From Raillietiella orientalis (lineage: Eukaryota), in assembly GCA_036172245.1 (NCBI GenBank), contig JAYWIR010000012.1, positions 3,782,001 to 3,846,000 of the forward strand: a stretch of 64,000 bases of DNA, given 5' to 3'. Under the pieces are notes generated by a model, which worked only from the letters and a program-made list of their open reading frames with translations, was not told the DNA's origin and searched no databases. This document shows positions 1 to 13,065 of the stretch, one piece after another. Position 1 is the stretch's first letter. The number at the start of each line of letters is the position of its first letter. The position numbers and the translations under genes were made by a program.

Positions 1-949
1 CCCCCTTTCATAACGACGGAGGGTCGGGGTGTGGCTTCCCGCTCCCTCCCTCCAGGCAGGGCACTCTTTCTGGGGGGCACGCAAAGCAATCTCCGGGCGG
101 AGGCTCCTACCGCGGGCCTGGGCCTCGAGTCCGCTTCCCATGATGACACTCCATCTGGTCAGGCTTCCGACAGCCTTTGCGATGGCTCATCCCATTGACG
201 TGGCAACCTCGCGTCCCTCCCTCGGCGCAGTGGGTCGCGGGCGCGATGCGCCAAGTGAGCTCGCCGCGGTGGCGCATCGCACGGGAGGGAGTGCACGGCC
301 CCCGGAGGCGCAGCCCTCAGCTCGTTGCCGAGGAGACGAAGGAGCCTCAAGAAAAGCCACTGGCGGTCGGAGGGGTGGCAGGTCGGCTCGCCCCTTCCCC
401 TACCCTCACCCTCTGTCTCCATGCTATGATCTTTATTAAGGTCACGCGGAGACGCCACGTCCTTCGTCCGTTCTACAGATTCTCCTCCTCTCCTTCTATT
501 CCTTGTCCCCCCTTCCTCCTCCTTTCCTTCTCTTCCACCTCCTCCATCCCGTTTCCCCGTTCCAGATATCCTTCCGGAATCTGAGAGCAGCAGAAAAGGA
601 GGAGGAAGAGGAAGAGGAGGAACGGGAGGAGGAAGGGAAGAAGAGGATGAAAGGTGGAGGAGGAAGAGGAAGAGGAGGACGACGACGCTGGCGCACCCCT
701 TGCGGGATTCTCGGATACGTCAGCTGGCGCCTTGAAAGGGAGAAAGATTGCAGAGCAGAGAAGTCACCTGTCGTCCCCTCTTCGTTCCATCGACCCATCT
801 TCCTTTCGGGTTCCACCTTGGCAACGGACGCACCGAGACGGCGGAGGCGGGGCAGAGGTGAAAAAGGGAGAAGCGAACCTCTCACCCCACCGTACGTCAC
901 TGTCCAGCAGGGAGTACCGCTCTCTGAGCACGGGAAGAAGGAAGGGAGC

Positions 950-1470
950 TGACCTTCGAAGAGTACGTGCTTTTCTCGGGGAAGCGGCGATCTGGGGTTA
1001 TCCCTTCTCCCTGTCTCTCATCGTCCGCGGAGGACGGACGTTCCGGCAGGGCAGGATGCCGCCGGGCGTCCTCCCTACCAGTACGAACAGCAGCGGGGTC
1101 AGCGTGGGAGAACCACGCCTGGGGCGCCTCTGCCCATGGGACCTGCGGGGGCGGGGAAGGGCGGTTGTAGCCGCAGAGGAGTTTATCCTTTCTTCCTTCT
1201 TCCCTCCTCTTCTACTCCTGGTTCCTAGTCGTGTCCCCGAATTTCGTTGCCGGGATACAGGTGTCCACCACCGCGTTGCACCACCGGGAGTGGAGGTGCA
1301 TGGCCGCGTGCAACTCCGGCGGGCTCGCACCACGTCATACCCCTCTGTGACAACCCGGGAGCTCCGTCAATGTCGGCGGCCGACGTGGCCGTCAAGGCCT
1401 TGGCCAATTTCCGGCTGGGGGTCGACCTACGTGGGTCTCCCCCTTCACGGGAGTGGGGTCAGCCGTAAGC
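950..1470 (+). mobile_element. Possible DIRS/Ngaro- or gypsy-like RT-RNase H relic
   Basis: Across three frames and in order: DLRRVRAFLG, HAWGA, HVIPLCDN; short motifs only. Confidence 0.3.
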
Positions 1471-4400
1471 GAAACTCGGAACTGCCCTGGGTCGTGGATC
1501 TTCCCTCGATCCCGGGTGGGGCCGCGGTGAGGCGACCCCGAGGGCGCTGCTCGGGAAGGGTGGTCACCTCCTCCTCCACCTTGACGACGACGGGGATTGG
1601 TCGCGGAGGGAGTCTTGCCGCCTTGGGATTCCATCGAAGGGGGAGGAGTGCAACCCCAGTTGATCCTGCTCGGCTCCCTTCCTCTCATCCGTTCCTAACA
1701 GGAATCCAATAAATCGCCACGGCGGGGAAGAGGGGGGGGCTGGATCCAGGAGAGCGCGGATTGATCGCCGGCGATCGATAGCCGGAGGGAGGAGGCGGCC
1801 GCGCCTCCGGAGCTGCAGATTTGTCCAAGGAGGAGGGCGCATGGGCTTGTATGCGTGCGTGAAAGCGCGGACTGGTGAGCGAGCGGTAGAAGGGATCACG
1901 AGCGGGGAAGGATCTCACCCCACCCCTACCCCCACCCTGCCTCACCTTCGACGCAGCGGCGGGGCGCCCCCGACGCAGCGGCATCGCGCGCCCTGCCCCA
2001 CCGCCGGCAGGAATCCCGGGAATGGCGAGAAGGGCGGGCGCGGAGAGAAAGGGAACCTCCGTCCAAGGAAGGACTGCGGCAGAGGCCGGAGGACGCCCGC
2101 CATCGTGCGACCTTCTTCGATGCTCCCGGCTGCTCCTCCGGCAGCAGGGGAGTGCGGCCGCGCGTTGAGGAGCAACCCGATGTCCTGGAGGATACGGAGT
2201 AGGAGGAGGGGGGGGGGGAAGGAAAAAGCGCTGACAAATCTCTCGTCCAGGAATCTGCAGATCGATAATTCGAGGCGAGAGCGGCGTCCAAGGAGAGGCC
2301 GATAGCCCGGGGACTCCGTTGGCCAGAGGGTCCCCGCAGCGGAGAATCCACCGCTGCTCTCTCGCTGATGACCAGGAATCGCCTCTGCTACAGCGTAGCA
2401 GCTCGCATTGGGAAGATGACCCCGAAGAGAACGGGAACTCGCCGAAGGGCAGCCGCTGTCTCACCAGGTCTTGCGCCGCAGGACTCACTGCTTCATTGGC
2501 CTCTCCCAAAGGGGCGTTTGCGTCGCAGACTCTCTCAGACGAGCGAGCGTCACCAGGTCGTGAGGGCCGCAAGCGACGGGATGCAGAGGGCCTAAGCAAG
2601 GAAGGGTCAGTTCTCCTGCAGTATTCCTCCTCCTCCATTTCTCTTCCTCTTCTTCCCCTCCTCCTACTCCTTCTCTTGCCTTTACCCTTTTCTTCTTCCT
2701 TCCTCCTCGTCCTCCCCTCCTCTTCCTTTCTGGACCTGGTGCCTGCCAGGAACAGTATCGGGCCGGAACCCCAGGGGTCACCCAAAGACCAGTCACGATG
2801 GAGCGCTCTCTCACCGTAGATCCCTTCGAAGGAGACGAATGCACTCCAGCCCCTGGTCCTCTTCCTCCTTGACCCGTCGACGCCCTCGGGAAGCTGCCCT
2901 CGACACGGGCAGGGTGCGTTGGCGTGATCCCACCGCTGTTGCCTTTCCCGCCATGCTTCCCCGATCGTTCCCTCTCTCCTGCGCCGCAAGTCGGGAAGCG
3001 GGATCCCTCGGGAGGTCTATTCCCCCCCCCCCCCAACCTCCTTCTTTCCTTATCCCTTTCTCCACTTCCAGGAGGCAGGTCCGAGGTCGTCGCCGGGAGT
3101 TGCTGGATGTCAGCGACGGCAGTCGCTTCCTCGCCGTCCCTTTGTCAGCCTTTCCTTCCGCAAGCGGATGTTCGCCGATACAGCCAGTGGCCGAGCATCT
3201 CCTAGGAGACGGCCTATCCGTGCTAGCGAGCCTCCAGGAGTCTTAGGGAGTTCTCTCTCGCCGGGAGCGCACTTCCCCGCAGCCGCCGCTCTTGCTTTCT
3301 CCCTGCAGATGAGCTGCGCGTCGGCCCGCGGACGAACTTCTTCCTCCTCGCACCCGCTGCTTCCGTCCCTGGTGATCTCTTAGGGACTGGTGAAGAGGGT
3401 GCTTTCCTTGTTCCCTTTTCCTGCCGCCTCCGACCTCCTCCGGTGTGAACACCCATTCCTCGCTCCTTGCGCCTTCCTCTCGGGGAGGGCAGCACCCGTC
3501 TCCGCACTCCTTTCGATCTCCTTCAGCTTCCGCCACGTCAGCGAGGCAAGGAGGTGGGAGAGACCGCAAAAGGCGGGCCCGTGCATGCACTGGGTGATGG
3601 CCTCCTTGCGTTCCGCGCGGACCTCACTTCCTCCAGACTCCCGGTCGCCTCCCTCTTCGTTAGGGGGGCGCGGAAACGGGCGGTGGGGGGAAGGGTGACC
3701 TATGAGCGCTCCGCCCAAACGCCCCAAGTCGAGTCGAACTTGATGGCGAGGTTGGTGGGGTCTCCCGTGTTTAGGGATCGGTTCTCGGTCCCCTCGGGAC
3801 GCAGGACCTGCGAGTCCGTGTGATTTCTCTCTCCGGCAGAACCCACCATTTTGTAGGGGGACCTTCCACCTCCCTCCCGGCGTGCTCCTTCCTCTTCCTC
3901 GGACGGAACGCGCGGGTCCCGACGATGCCGTCCGATCCACGCTTGGGATCGCGGAGTCGAGCGGGCAGCCAAGTCTGCTCTCAACCGCTAAGCTCTCCCG
4001 GCTCGGCAGGGACGGCCAGAGGGAGGGAATCTGGGATACGAATGACGCCAATTTATCACCCCTGCTTTGGAGAGATGAAAGTCTTTCATCCGATGATTCT
4101 TCCTGTCAAACGAAATGCAGGGGAAGGAAAACCTGCGTCAGAGAGGTCTGCTCCTCGATTAGCTTCTCTGCACTCTTGCTCCAAGCGGGATGTAAACAGA
4201 GCATTCGTATCAAAATTCGAAAAAACGAGTGGGAAAACCGGGACATCTCCCATCCATTACATGCTCCAGGCTGTCACTTCACTGCCGTTTTTTTTTTTTA
4301 GTGTATTCGGGAATCGCCCTTTTTCATCTGAGGATGCCTGAAGAACGAGAATGGTCACCCCAAGCAGCAGGGCTGAAGAAGCAGATGCGCTGAGAGGGGG

Positions 4401-6571
4401 AGAGAAAGCGTGGCCGCTTAGAAGGAAGGGGGGGGGGGAGAGAAAAGGGGAAAAAATGGACGTTTTGTTTTTCTCGAGCCTGGAGAGCAGGCGATGCTGC
4501 TGTCCCGTGAACTGCAGTGAGGCTGTGTGCAGCCTACCGGGCCGCCTGGCGCGCTCAGCATAGCGGAGCGACTGGCACGGAGCGACGCGCGCAGAACTGT
4601 GCGGAGAGGAGAACGTGGCGCCCGGCATTGCTGTTGACACGGAGGAATCGTAACCGCAGCAACGTGCTGCTCGGCAAGCCATCGTTGTAAACCCTGCACA
4701 ACAATGGTTTGGCATTGTTGCGAACACAGGATAACAATGATTCGAAGCACGCTTCGTAGACTGTTGTCGAAGGATGGCATTTCGGAGATGACGGTTCGGG
4801 GCAAAGGCATCAACTCAACTGCAGACTGCAACCCTCAGGAGGGAGGAGACAGGCCCCGCAGCATCCTTGAGTGGGCGGCTACTTTCCACTCTGCTCTGTT
4901 CCGTCCCCGCCCCGGCTCCCTCCCGCTTCTCTGGGCACTCCGAGGAGGCAGGGAGGGGCGGAGAAGGAAGGGGAAGGGTCGCTTCTTTTCCTCCGAGGGG
5001 GGGAACTCTGAGTGGGTACTTGAAACCGTCGTCAGGAATGAAGGACATCCTTCTTGAAAGCTGGCTAGATGGCAGGAGCTGGGAGACGGGGGAGGAGGAG
5101 AGGAGGAAAGGACTCCCTCTCGAACGAGGACGGACACTCTTCCTCTTCCCCCGCATTCGGGATGACTGTCGAGGAGGTCTCTGCTTTTTCCCCTGTCGAG
5201 AGGAGGAAGAAGCCTTCGCGACAAGGAGTGGGATGAGGGGGGCATCAGGGGGTAGGTCCTAAGGAACACTTTCCGGAAGCGACGGAGGCGCCCAGCGCAG
5301 CATGGCGGGGGAAAACAGGCAGGGATAGGGGAGGGAGCTCCGTGCTCTCTGTACCGCATTGTCACGGCGAATGGGAGACGCAATGAGTCGTCGCATGATC
5401 TTTCCTCCTTCCCTTCCCTCTCATCCCCACTGTAACCGTGCGGGGGTGGATGGGAGGAGGGAGGTCCCCTACTCCTCGCACTGTCCCCCCCTCCTCCTTC
5501 TTCCCCGCTGCAGCCGCTCTCCCCGACGGGCGGAGAGGCAAGGAAAGCTTGCGAGGGTAGCGCTCCACCGGCATCCCGGGAGAAGGGTTCCGGGATGGGG
5601 CCTTCCTTTACAGACCCCTTTCCGAGTGGACGCTCGTCGGATTTCTGCCGCCCCCGGTACGCGTCCACCGAGGCTTCCTTTTCTCTTCCTTGTTGACGTG
5701 CTTTGACGGTTCTCCCTCCCCATCCCCCCCTCTTCCCCCTTCCCTATCCCGTCAAGAGGCGGACGGGAATCGCGTGCCAAAATTCCCCCTGGCAACAAGC
5801 CTCCTCCCGGTCCCGGGGACGCGAACGGCGCCGAGGCGACCGCGGCGCGTCTCGTCTCTTCCTTGACAACCCACCGCTCCTCTTTCGTTCCCCCTCCCCC
5901 TCCTCCTCGGGATAGGGACGCGCCGCCGAAGAACGGATGAGGGAGCGGAAACGCAGACTTTGCCTGCCGCGTTCCCCACTCCCCGCTGCCTTCTCTCTCC
6001 CTCCCTCCCTCCCTCTTCCCTCTTCCTTTGGAGGGGTCACGAGTTGTTCCCTCTCCGTCCGATCGAACCGGGAGTAGGGGGACTCCCCACCCTTCGCCCC
6101 TCTTTACGAAGAAAGAGTCGTTCTGCTCGCGTGAGGGAGATCCCCCTTCTCCAGAGATCGCTTCCCCCCCCTCCCCCCCCCGGCATCCAACGTCTGCATC
6201 CTCGAGCATTTTTCTCCATGGCGACCGTGTCCTGGTTGGCGCCGTTCCAAGAAGGAAAACGAAAAAAAAAAAAAAAAAAAACAGGGAGCAGAACAAAAGA
6301 AAGCAGAGCCCAGCAAACAAAGGAGTAGGAGAGGGAGGAATCCAGGCGGAAGGAGGAGGAGAATGGGCGGGGGGGGGGAGTGAAGGAAGCGAGGAAGGAG
6401 GACAGCAGGGAGGAAGAGGAACGCCCGCCGCTGCGCCTCGGCCGTTCGGACGGGACGGCCGCACCCGCGCCGCGCTGCGTCCGTCCAGACCGTCGCCGCA
6501 CGAGCCTCTTCCCTCTGCCAGAACGCCCCGCTCGCTCCGGTGGCGGGGTTACCACCTGGTACGCCGGGGCG

Positions 6572-8290
6572 TTTATTAAAATTCTCTGCTTACTTGGTAT
6601 AAAGCCTCGCTAGGGCCACCCAACGCCGGACCTGCCGGGACTCCGGTAGGCAGACCGGCGTGACTCTCCTCGGCAGTGGAAGGGGATTGGGGAAAAAACG
6701 AAAAGAAAAATAAAACAAAGAAAACAAAAAGAGTTTGGAGGGCCGGGAGGGGATCACTGGCCACTGGGAGGAGGACCCATCTTTTGCAAGATGCCGTCGA
6801 GGGCCTTCATTTTTCCCAGTTGGAGCCATCCGGTTGCTCTTTGCGAGAAGCGAACAGCATACGGGATGACGTCCCTCTCGTTGGCATCTTCATCGTCGGC
6901 TTCACTCCAAGCCTTCACAATGCCACGCTGCCACGGATGCAGCAAAGTGCTGCCAATGCTGCGGCAGGCTGCAAGGCGTCCCGCGCGAAGAGAAGCCGAA
7001 AAACATCTCTGGGGGTTCTGCCAACCGGGGTCCCAAGGGTCGTCCCGAAGCGTTCCCAAAGGGGTCGAAGGGCAGGACAGTCAACAATCAGGTGGAGGAG
7101 GGACTCCCGCTCCCCACACCTGGCACTCTCCCCCGCGTCCAGTGGAAGCGGCGTGCGTTGCAGGGAGACCCCAATGCAACAGCAGCAGCGCCGACTCTTG
7201 CCATTTCAGAGGGAGAGTCCTGGATTCATTCAACACTCGGGGCCACTTCAGCTCATACGTCGGGATGCCGAGCAGCTCGCCCCATCGCAAAAGTCCACGC
7301 GGAAGCACACTCGGGGTCGTGGCGTCAGCCAGCTATCCCATGGTCCAACCGCTTAATTTCTTCTCCCTGCCTGCGATCCGACAGGAGACTTGCCACTTCG
7401 GCGTCCGGCTGCTGAAGAGGGCTCTCCGTAGGAAGGGCAGGGCCGTAGCTAAAGGGGTGGTCTCCGCCCATGTGCTCCTGGAGGGACACTCCAGAATGGT
7501 CCGCAGGGTGCAGCGGGCGTAGGGTCCGAATCGAGGGAGTTCCAGTTGTCAGTTCTCTGAGCATTTAACTTCATCCACGTTCCAACAGATTCCTCAAGCC
7601 ATGCAGAGGAGTTGGCGGGTCTACATTCCATCCAGCCGTTTTGCTTGGCCAGTGAGGCCGTGCATCCGAGAAGGCGCATCTTCTGATCTTCCGGCCGGGG
7701 CACAAAAGATGAGACTCGAGTCCTTGCGTCCGGGATACACGGCTGGCTAGGAGGCGGGCCGGAACGAACCAAGGGGTGCTCCATAACTTCGCTGCGATGG
7801 CCATGGTGCGCCATCGCAGCTGTGTTTCCACGCGCTCCAGCGTCAGGACGCTGAGACCGCCGTCCCGACGCGGAGCGCACAAGTCCATCAAAGGGACTCG
7901 GGGCCTCCCCTTGCCCCAAAGGGCGATGCGGAGGAGGTCCTTTGTCCTCTTTTTAATTCCTACGGGGACGGGGCAAGCAAAAAGTAGAGGGTGGAGGATG
8001 GGGACCGCAAACGCGTTCCACACCGCATCCCGTTCCGGCAAGTGAACTTGCCTCCCAGGAACGGGCCGATCGCCAACTCCACTTTCTGAAGACGACCTGA
8101 CCAGGCTTCTGTCGGACAGAAGTCCCCTAACGGGACGCCGAGGTACTTCAAGTACCTGGCCGTGGGGATCCCCAAGCGGATCCAGGCAGGCCGTCCTGCC
8201 CACGTCGCATCAACTGGCACCACCGACGACTTCACCTTGTTCACCGCAGTCCAGTCCCGCGGCTAAGCAGATCGAAAAACAAAAGAAAAC
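6572..8290 (-). mobile_element. Degenerate Tx1/L1-clade non-LTR retrotransposon: 3' part of ORF2 and 3' UTR
   Basis: Frameshifted minus-strand motifs in the expected order: AAGL..NKVKS, LKYLGVPLG, LWGKGRPRV...PRRDGGL, KWQESALLLLHWGLP, CQVWG...HLIVDC (zf-RVT); stop at 6754; U-rich tail; minus-strand AATAAA at 6572-6577. Confidence 0.85.
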
Positions 8291-8584
8291 AGAGCGCAAC
8301 CCTCTCCCCTTCCTCGGTGACGGGGAGGGGCAGAGAGTTGCGTCGAAGCCCCAGAATGCCCTTCCCCCGCAGGCAGCTAGGACGGGTCCGGCGACGCCGT
8401 TACCAGCTCTCTCGGAAGCGGTTCTTTCTGCCTCCTCCGTGGCTGCACTCCCGCCCATCAGTCCTTCTTCTCCTTTCGTGGATCCCTAGCCTCTGCGCTC
8501 CCTACCACCTACTCTCCGCTGCGCTCCTGTCCCTACCTCCCATCCAGATGCTACTCAGGCTACGCTCACTTCGCGGAACAGCAT

Positions 8585-8765
8585 TTACTCTTCCTCCTCC
8601 CTTCCTCCTCTTCCCGTCGTCCTTTTCCTCTTTCCTTCCTCTTTCTCCTTTTCTCCCCTTCTTTCTCCTGCTCCTCGCTTCCTCCTTCCTTCCTCCTCCC
8701 TCGCTTTCTCCTCCTTCTCCACCTCTTCCCTTCCTCCTTCTTTCCCCTCTTCATTTCCTCCTTTG
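8585..8765. repeat. Polypyrimidine (CCT/CTT) tract; similar tracts near 480-680, 2625-2730, 19795-19880 and 20750-20915
   Basis: About 180 nt almost entirely C/T on the + strand. Confidence 0.85.
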
Positions 8766-11700
8766 TTGGCCTCTTCAGTTTGAGATCTCTGGAGCTGCAG
8801 ATTGCGGCACTGCGGATGGTTGGCGTCTGCTCATCCCTGCCACCGGCGCGAGACAGTGGAGGCCGTGCCACACAAGGGACATGCGCGAGTTCCCTTCCCT
8901 CGAAATGCGGGGGAAGATTGGGCGGGCCGTTCCGAAAGCTGAGCAGGAGAGCAGCGGCGCGCCCGCACACCTCCCTGGAGACGTCGTTGTTTCATCCCCT
9001 TCCCCACCCCACCGACCAGGGGACCCCTGGTCCGTCTGTGGGTACCCGCCTCGGGAAGGTCACCGCGTCTTCCGGAGGAGATCGACCTCTGCGAGTCTCT
9101 TCCCTTCCTACCGTGGTTGCGTTTCCCGCGGGCGCTCGTCTCCTCCACGTTTTAGAGGAGGGAGAGGAAAAGGGAGGGAGGGTTGGATCGAGCCGTATCT
9201 TTCCTCTCCTCCTCTCCCCACCTCCGGGAGCCCGAACCCCTTCTCTGCGTCCCCTCCTCGGCTTCCACAACGGGCCAGGGCGGTCCCCTGCTGGAAATTC
9301 CCACAAGAGGGACTGCGAACCGGCGGGCTAGTCGTAGCCGGGAAGGGGAGGTAAGGGCCCCCGCCGGCGGCTCTCACTGCGGGTGGTCAGCGGCGGTCGC
9401 CGTCTACCAGTAGAGATGCCCTCCGGGTCCGGAAAGGGTCAGAGTGGGAATGGGGGGTAAGTGGGGTGGGCGGAGAGAGACAGCCTATGAGACCCCACGT
9501 TTCTTCGGCAGTCTGCGAGGAGGCGGTCGACCTCTCCCGGGTACCCTCCGTCGAGCGACGAGGTTTATGGAGCCCTCGGCGGACCGGCAACAGTGGGCCA
9601 GTGCCATCATTTTGCACCCGAGGGAAGCGGGGAGAACAGTGCTGAGGAGTCAGGGGACCTGGGTTGTGGTAGAGGGCGGGCAGGCAGCCGTCGTTGCCTG
9701 CGGGCGTCCGCTGGGGCTCGCTGGCCCCATCACATCTCAAGGACAGTGCATCACGGGTGGCCCTCCTTCCCGGAGGCCACTCCTGCTGCTCCCGCGTGCG
9801 GGACCAGGTGGAGAAGACACCAAGCTAGCGAGAGGCGGAGGGCGTGCCAGGAGCGGGAGGCCGCTCCTCTCAGCCGAGCGAGGCGCGGCCGCAGACTGCG
9901 CCGCCATCGCGCGGCCGAGGTCGGAACTGCTGCGGAAACTGCGGCTTCTCTGCGCAGCATCCGGCCTCTCCCGTGAAATTGGTCCATTCCCCGGAGGTCC
10001 CGTTCGCCCCAGGTGGTCGGTCCTTCCTTGGCGGTATCCCAGGCGACGCGACGCTCTTCCCCGTTGCGCATCGCGAGAGCACTGAAGCCGCCGGGGCCCG
10101 GAGACATGGGAGTGGAGCACAAGAGGAAGAGGAGGAAGGTGGAAGGAGAAGCCCTCGCAATGGTGGAACGACTCGTCCGCAGCCCTCGCCAGCTGGCGGC
10201 AGTGCTGCTGGCGGTGCAGCAGGGGTCCTCTGACGGCAGAAGCGCCCCGGGGAACGCGCGCGGTGGGCCCTCCTCCCGCTTTCCCGCCCACGCTTAGGGA
10301 GACTCGTGAACTGGGAGCCCAGGGGCCCTCCAACTGCCTGTGGTGCTCCTTCAGCAGGGGGAGGAGCGTGGGCCAGCTGTCCCCGCGCGCGTGCTGCGGC
10401 GGTGTCCAGGAGCAGGAAGAGCGTGGCCACTGCCTCGGAATAGCTGCCCTCGCTCCCCAAAAAACTGGGCGAAAGGGGGGTCCTCGAAGCATTACGGGCT
10501 CAGTGGGCAGCCCCTGGTGGCAGCATCCCGTCCCCTTTCTCTCCTCACTTCCATGCCAGCGCCTCGCGAACCACCGCCGTCTCGAGGGCGGTCTGGCCCG
10601 CCCCCCTATTCATGAGTGAGCACTCTCCTCCACCCCACCCTCCCGCCTCTTTTCTAGGACAGAGGAAGGACAGCGTCCGCAGAGGACTGGGACCCTTGAG
10701 AAGTTGCCTTAGGAACGGCTGTCCTGTTAGCGTGCCAGCGGCGGCCGTGGGAGTTGTCGCCGCCCTTGCGGAGGGAGGGAGGCGCAGACTCGCGGGTCGT
10801 CTGCGCGAGCACACTAGGACCGGCCGCAAGTGACCGGTGGAACGAGGGTTGAGAGAGCGAAACATCCGAGGGGGGCTGGGGTCCACCGGGATGCGGCGAC
10901 CTTTCCTGACCCCACGAGTCGGCGCCAGAGATGGCGGCGCCTTCCTCCCTCAAGTGGCCGACCCAGAAGTTGCCGCTACCTGCCCCTGTGACGACGGCGA
11001 AGGTGGCTCCGCTTCCAGTTCGTCGTCCCCCCAACGGACGCGTCGCCGTCTCCGCCACCTTCTCTTTCCTTCCTCGTACACATCCTCTCCCCTCCTTCCC
11101 TCCTCCTCCTCCTGCGCGCCACTCCCATGCCGCAGCGGGCTGCTGTTGGCGCGGCATGGGAGAGCAGAGTGGCGGTGGCGGGTGGCCTGGTTCGTGGGAG
11201 TCCCCAAAACGGGAAGGACTTTCGGAAGGCTGCAGCGAGTTCCCCCGGCAGCCGGAGAGGGATGAGGAAAAGAGGTAGCGAACAGGGCTCGAAGGCGGGG
11301 ACGGTTCTTCAGAGTGCGGTGGGACGAGGATGCAAGGGGTCGCGGCCCCCCAACACCGGAGGAGGGGCGGGAAGGAGGTGCCAATGTGTTGGACGGCACA
11401 CGTGCCTGCGTGGGCCTTGCAGCACTCGCGCCCCCCCTGGTCGCGCGCCCACTGTGTCTCGGCGCGTACGAATCCCGAAACAACGAAAGGGCGCGCGCGC
11501 CACTTAGCTGCGGCATCATCTGGATGAGTCCCCCGCGCCGACGGACGTTACCGGGATGCCCTCGGGGCTTGCAGACACGATGCCTGCGTGCCGACACTCC
11601 TGCTCACGTGCACGCCCTTGTTCTTACGCTGTGTGGGGCACCGAGGGGGGGGGGGGGGTCCGGAGCGCCACCGCAGCTGCACGACTTTGCTGGACTTGGT

Positions 11701-12613
11701 GCGCATCGCACCGATATGCGTGCCTTTCACTTCGGTACTCGCGCGCGCGCACGGGCTTACTGCACGCATCCCTTTCCATCCGCGCGACCTGGAATGCCGA
11801 GCGTGAGATCTGCCCGGTTCGTGCCATGCCCGAGGGACATTTCCTGTCCCCGACGTTCGCACGGGTATACCGGGAGGTGCCTGGTCCGTCAAAGGACGTC
11901 CCCTCTTGAGGCACCCTCCTGCCCCCATCTCCCACCCTCCTCCCTTCCCTTCTCGTCGGTCCTTCGATTGCTCCGTGTCACGGCCGCGGCTCATCTCCCC
12001 CATCTGACGTGAGTTATGGACACTAAAAACGTCGGGGCGGGAAGGAGGAGCGGGTCCTAATGGCTCCTTTGTGTTCTTGCCCGGTCGCCTGGCAAACAGA
12101 TTGTCGTTAAGGATCACGTCCAGATATCGCGTGCGACTAATGACGTCGCTCGCGGCGTGCGCGGCCCATTACAAACCGGATGGTTGCACCAGGAGCAGCA
12201 GCATCTTTCGTCCGCTCTCGCGTTCTCCCTGCTTCCCCCCCCCCCTTCTCTCCTATCTCGAAAATCGTCTCCGGCAAGCGTGCAGAGCCAACCTGGGACG
12301 AAGCTGCGGAGCCGGGAGAAAAGATGCCGCCGGCAAGCCGGCTCTCTCGGGTGCATCGCCGGCACGAAATTCGTTCCGCCCGCTGCCTCCGCACGAACCG
12401 CGAGGCGCGCGCCACGTCTGGAAGCGGCCGTGCGCGCGCGCGATCGAAGGTGCCAAACTCGCGCGCGAATGCGAATCGTCCGCCCCCCCCCCCCCCGCCC
12501 ATCTCTCCCCCTCTGTTTCTCTCGCCACTGCCCGGCGCCCGTTCGTCCCATCAACACGGGAAAAAAGACGTCGAGCAGAGATTGTCCTGCTGTTGGCAGC
12601 GCTGGCCGAAGAG

Positions 12614-12729
12614 ATGGCGGTTTTCCCAGTACCAGTCTTTTGCATTGTTCTTGCAGCTTCCTCAGCAGCGCTTTTTCGGCTGCTTCCGGGGTGGCCGCCG
12701 TCGCATGCCCGTCCTCCCGCTGCAGTGAG
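12614..12729 (+). CDS. Candidate exon 1 of a small secreted (neuropeptide-like) precursor; signal-peptide-like
   Basis: gagATGG start; MAVFPVPVFCIVLAASSAALFRLLPGWPPSHARPPAAV; AG|GTAGGT donor in phase 2; lies in a CpG-rich island with no recognisable transposon sequence. Confidence 0.5.
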
Positions 12730-12769
12730 GTAGGTCGCTGCTTTGCGGAGGAAGTCATGGAGTTTCACG

Positions 12770-13065
12770 GTTGTGACTGTTGTGCAGTGGTGACTGCCAT
12801 AAATTCTGCGGTTGCAGTGGTGGTCCTCGTGGCCGTAGAGGTGGATTCCATAGTTGTAGTTGGGACCGTTGTGGTGGTGGAGTCTTCTTGGTCGTAGTGG
12901 TGGCCGTTATGGTTGCCTTTGAAGCTGTTGTGGTTATTGCCGCTCTTGTTATAGAGTGGTAGTTGTGGTCGTCATTTTCCTTGTGGCTCTTGTGATTGTT
13001 GTGATAATGGAGGGGCGTGAATTGTGTCAGTGGTGGTTGCCGTGCTGGTTGTTGTCGTTGCTATG
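12770..13065. repeat. Low-complexity degenerate (GTG/GTT)n tract
   Basis: Visible trinucleotide periodicity starting just after the 12730 donor. Confidence 0.7.

Noticed and set aside
12770..13065. Val-rich membrane protein or Thr-rich mucin ORF
   Set aside because: Degenerate trinucleotide repeat with frame breaks and stops
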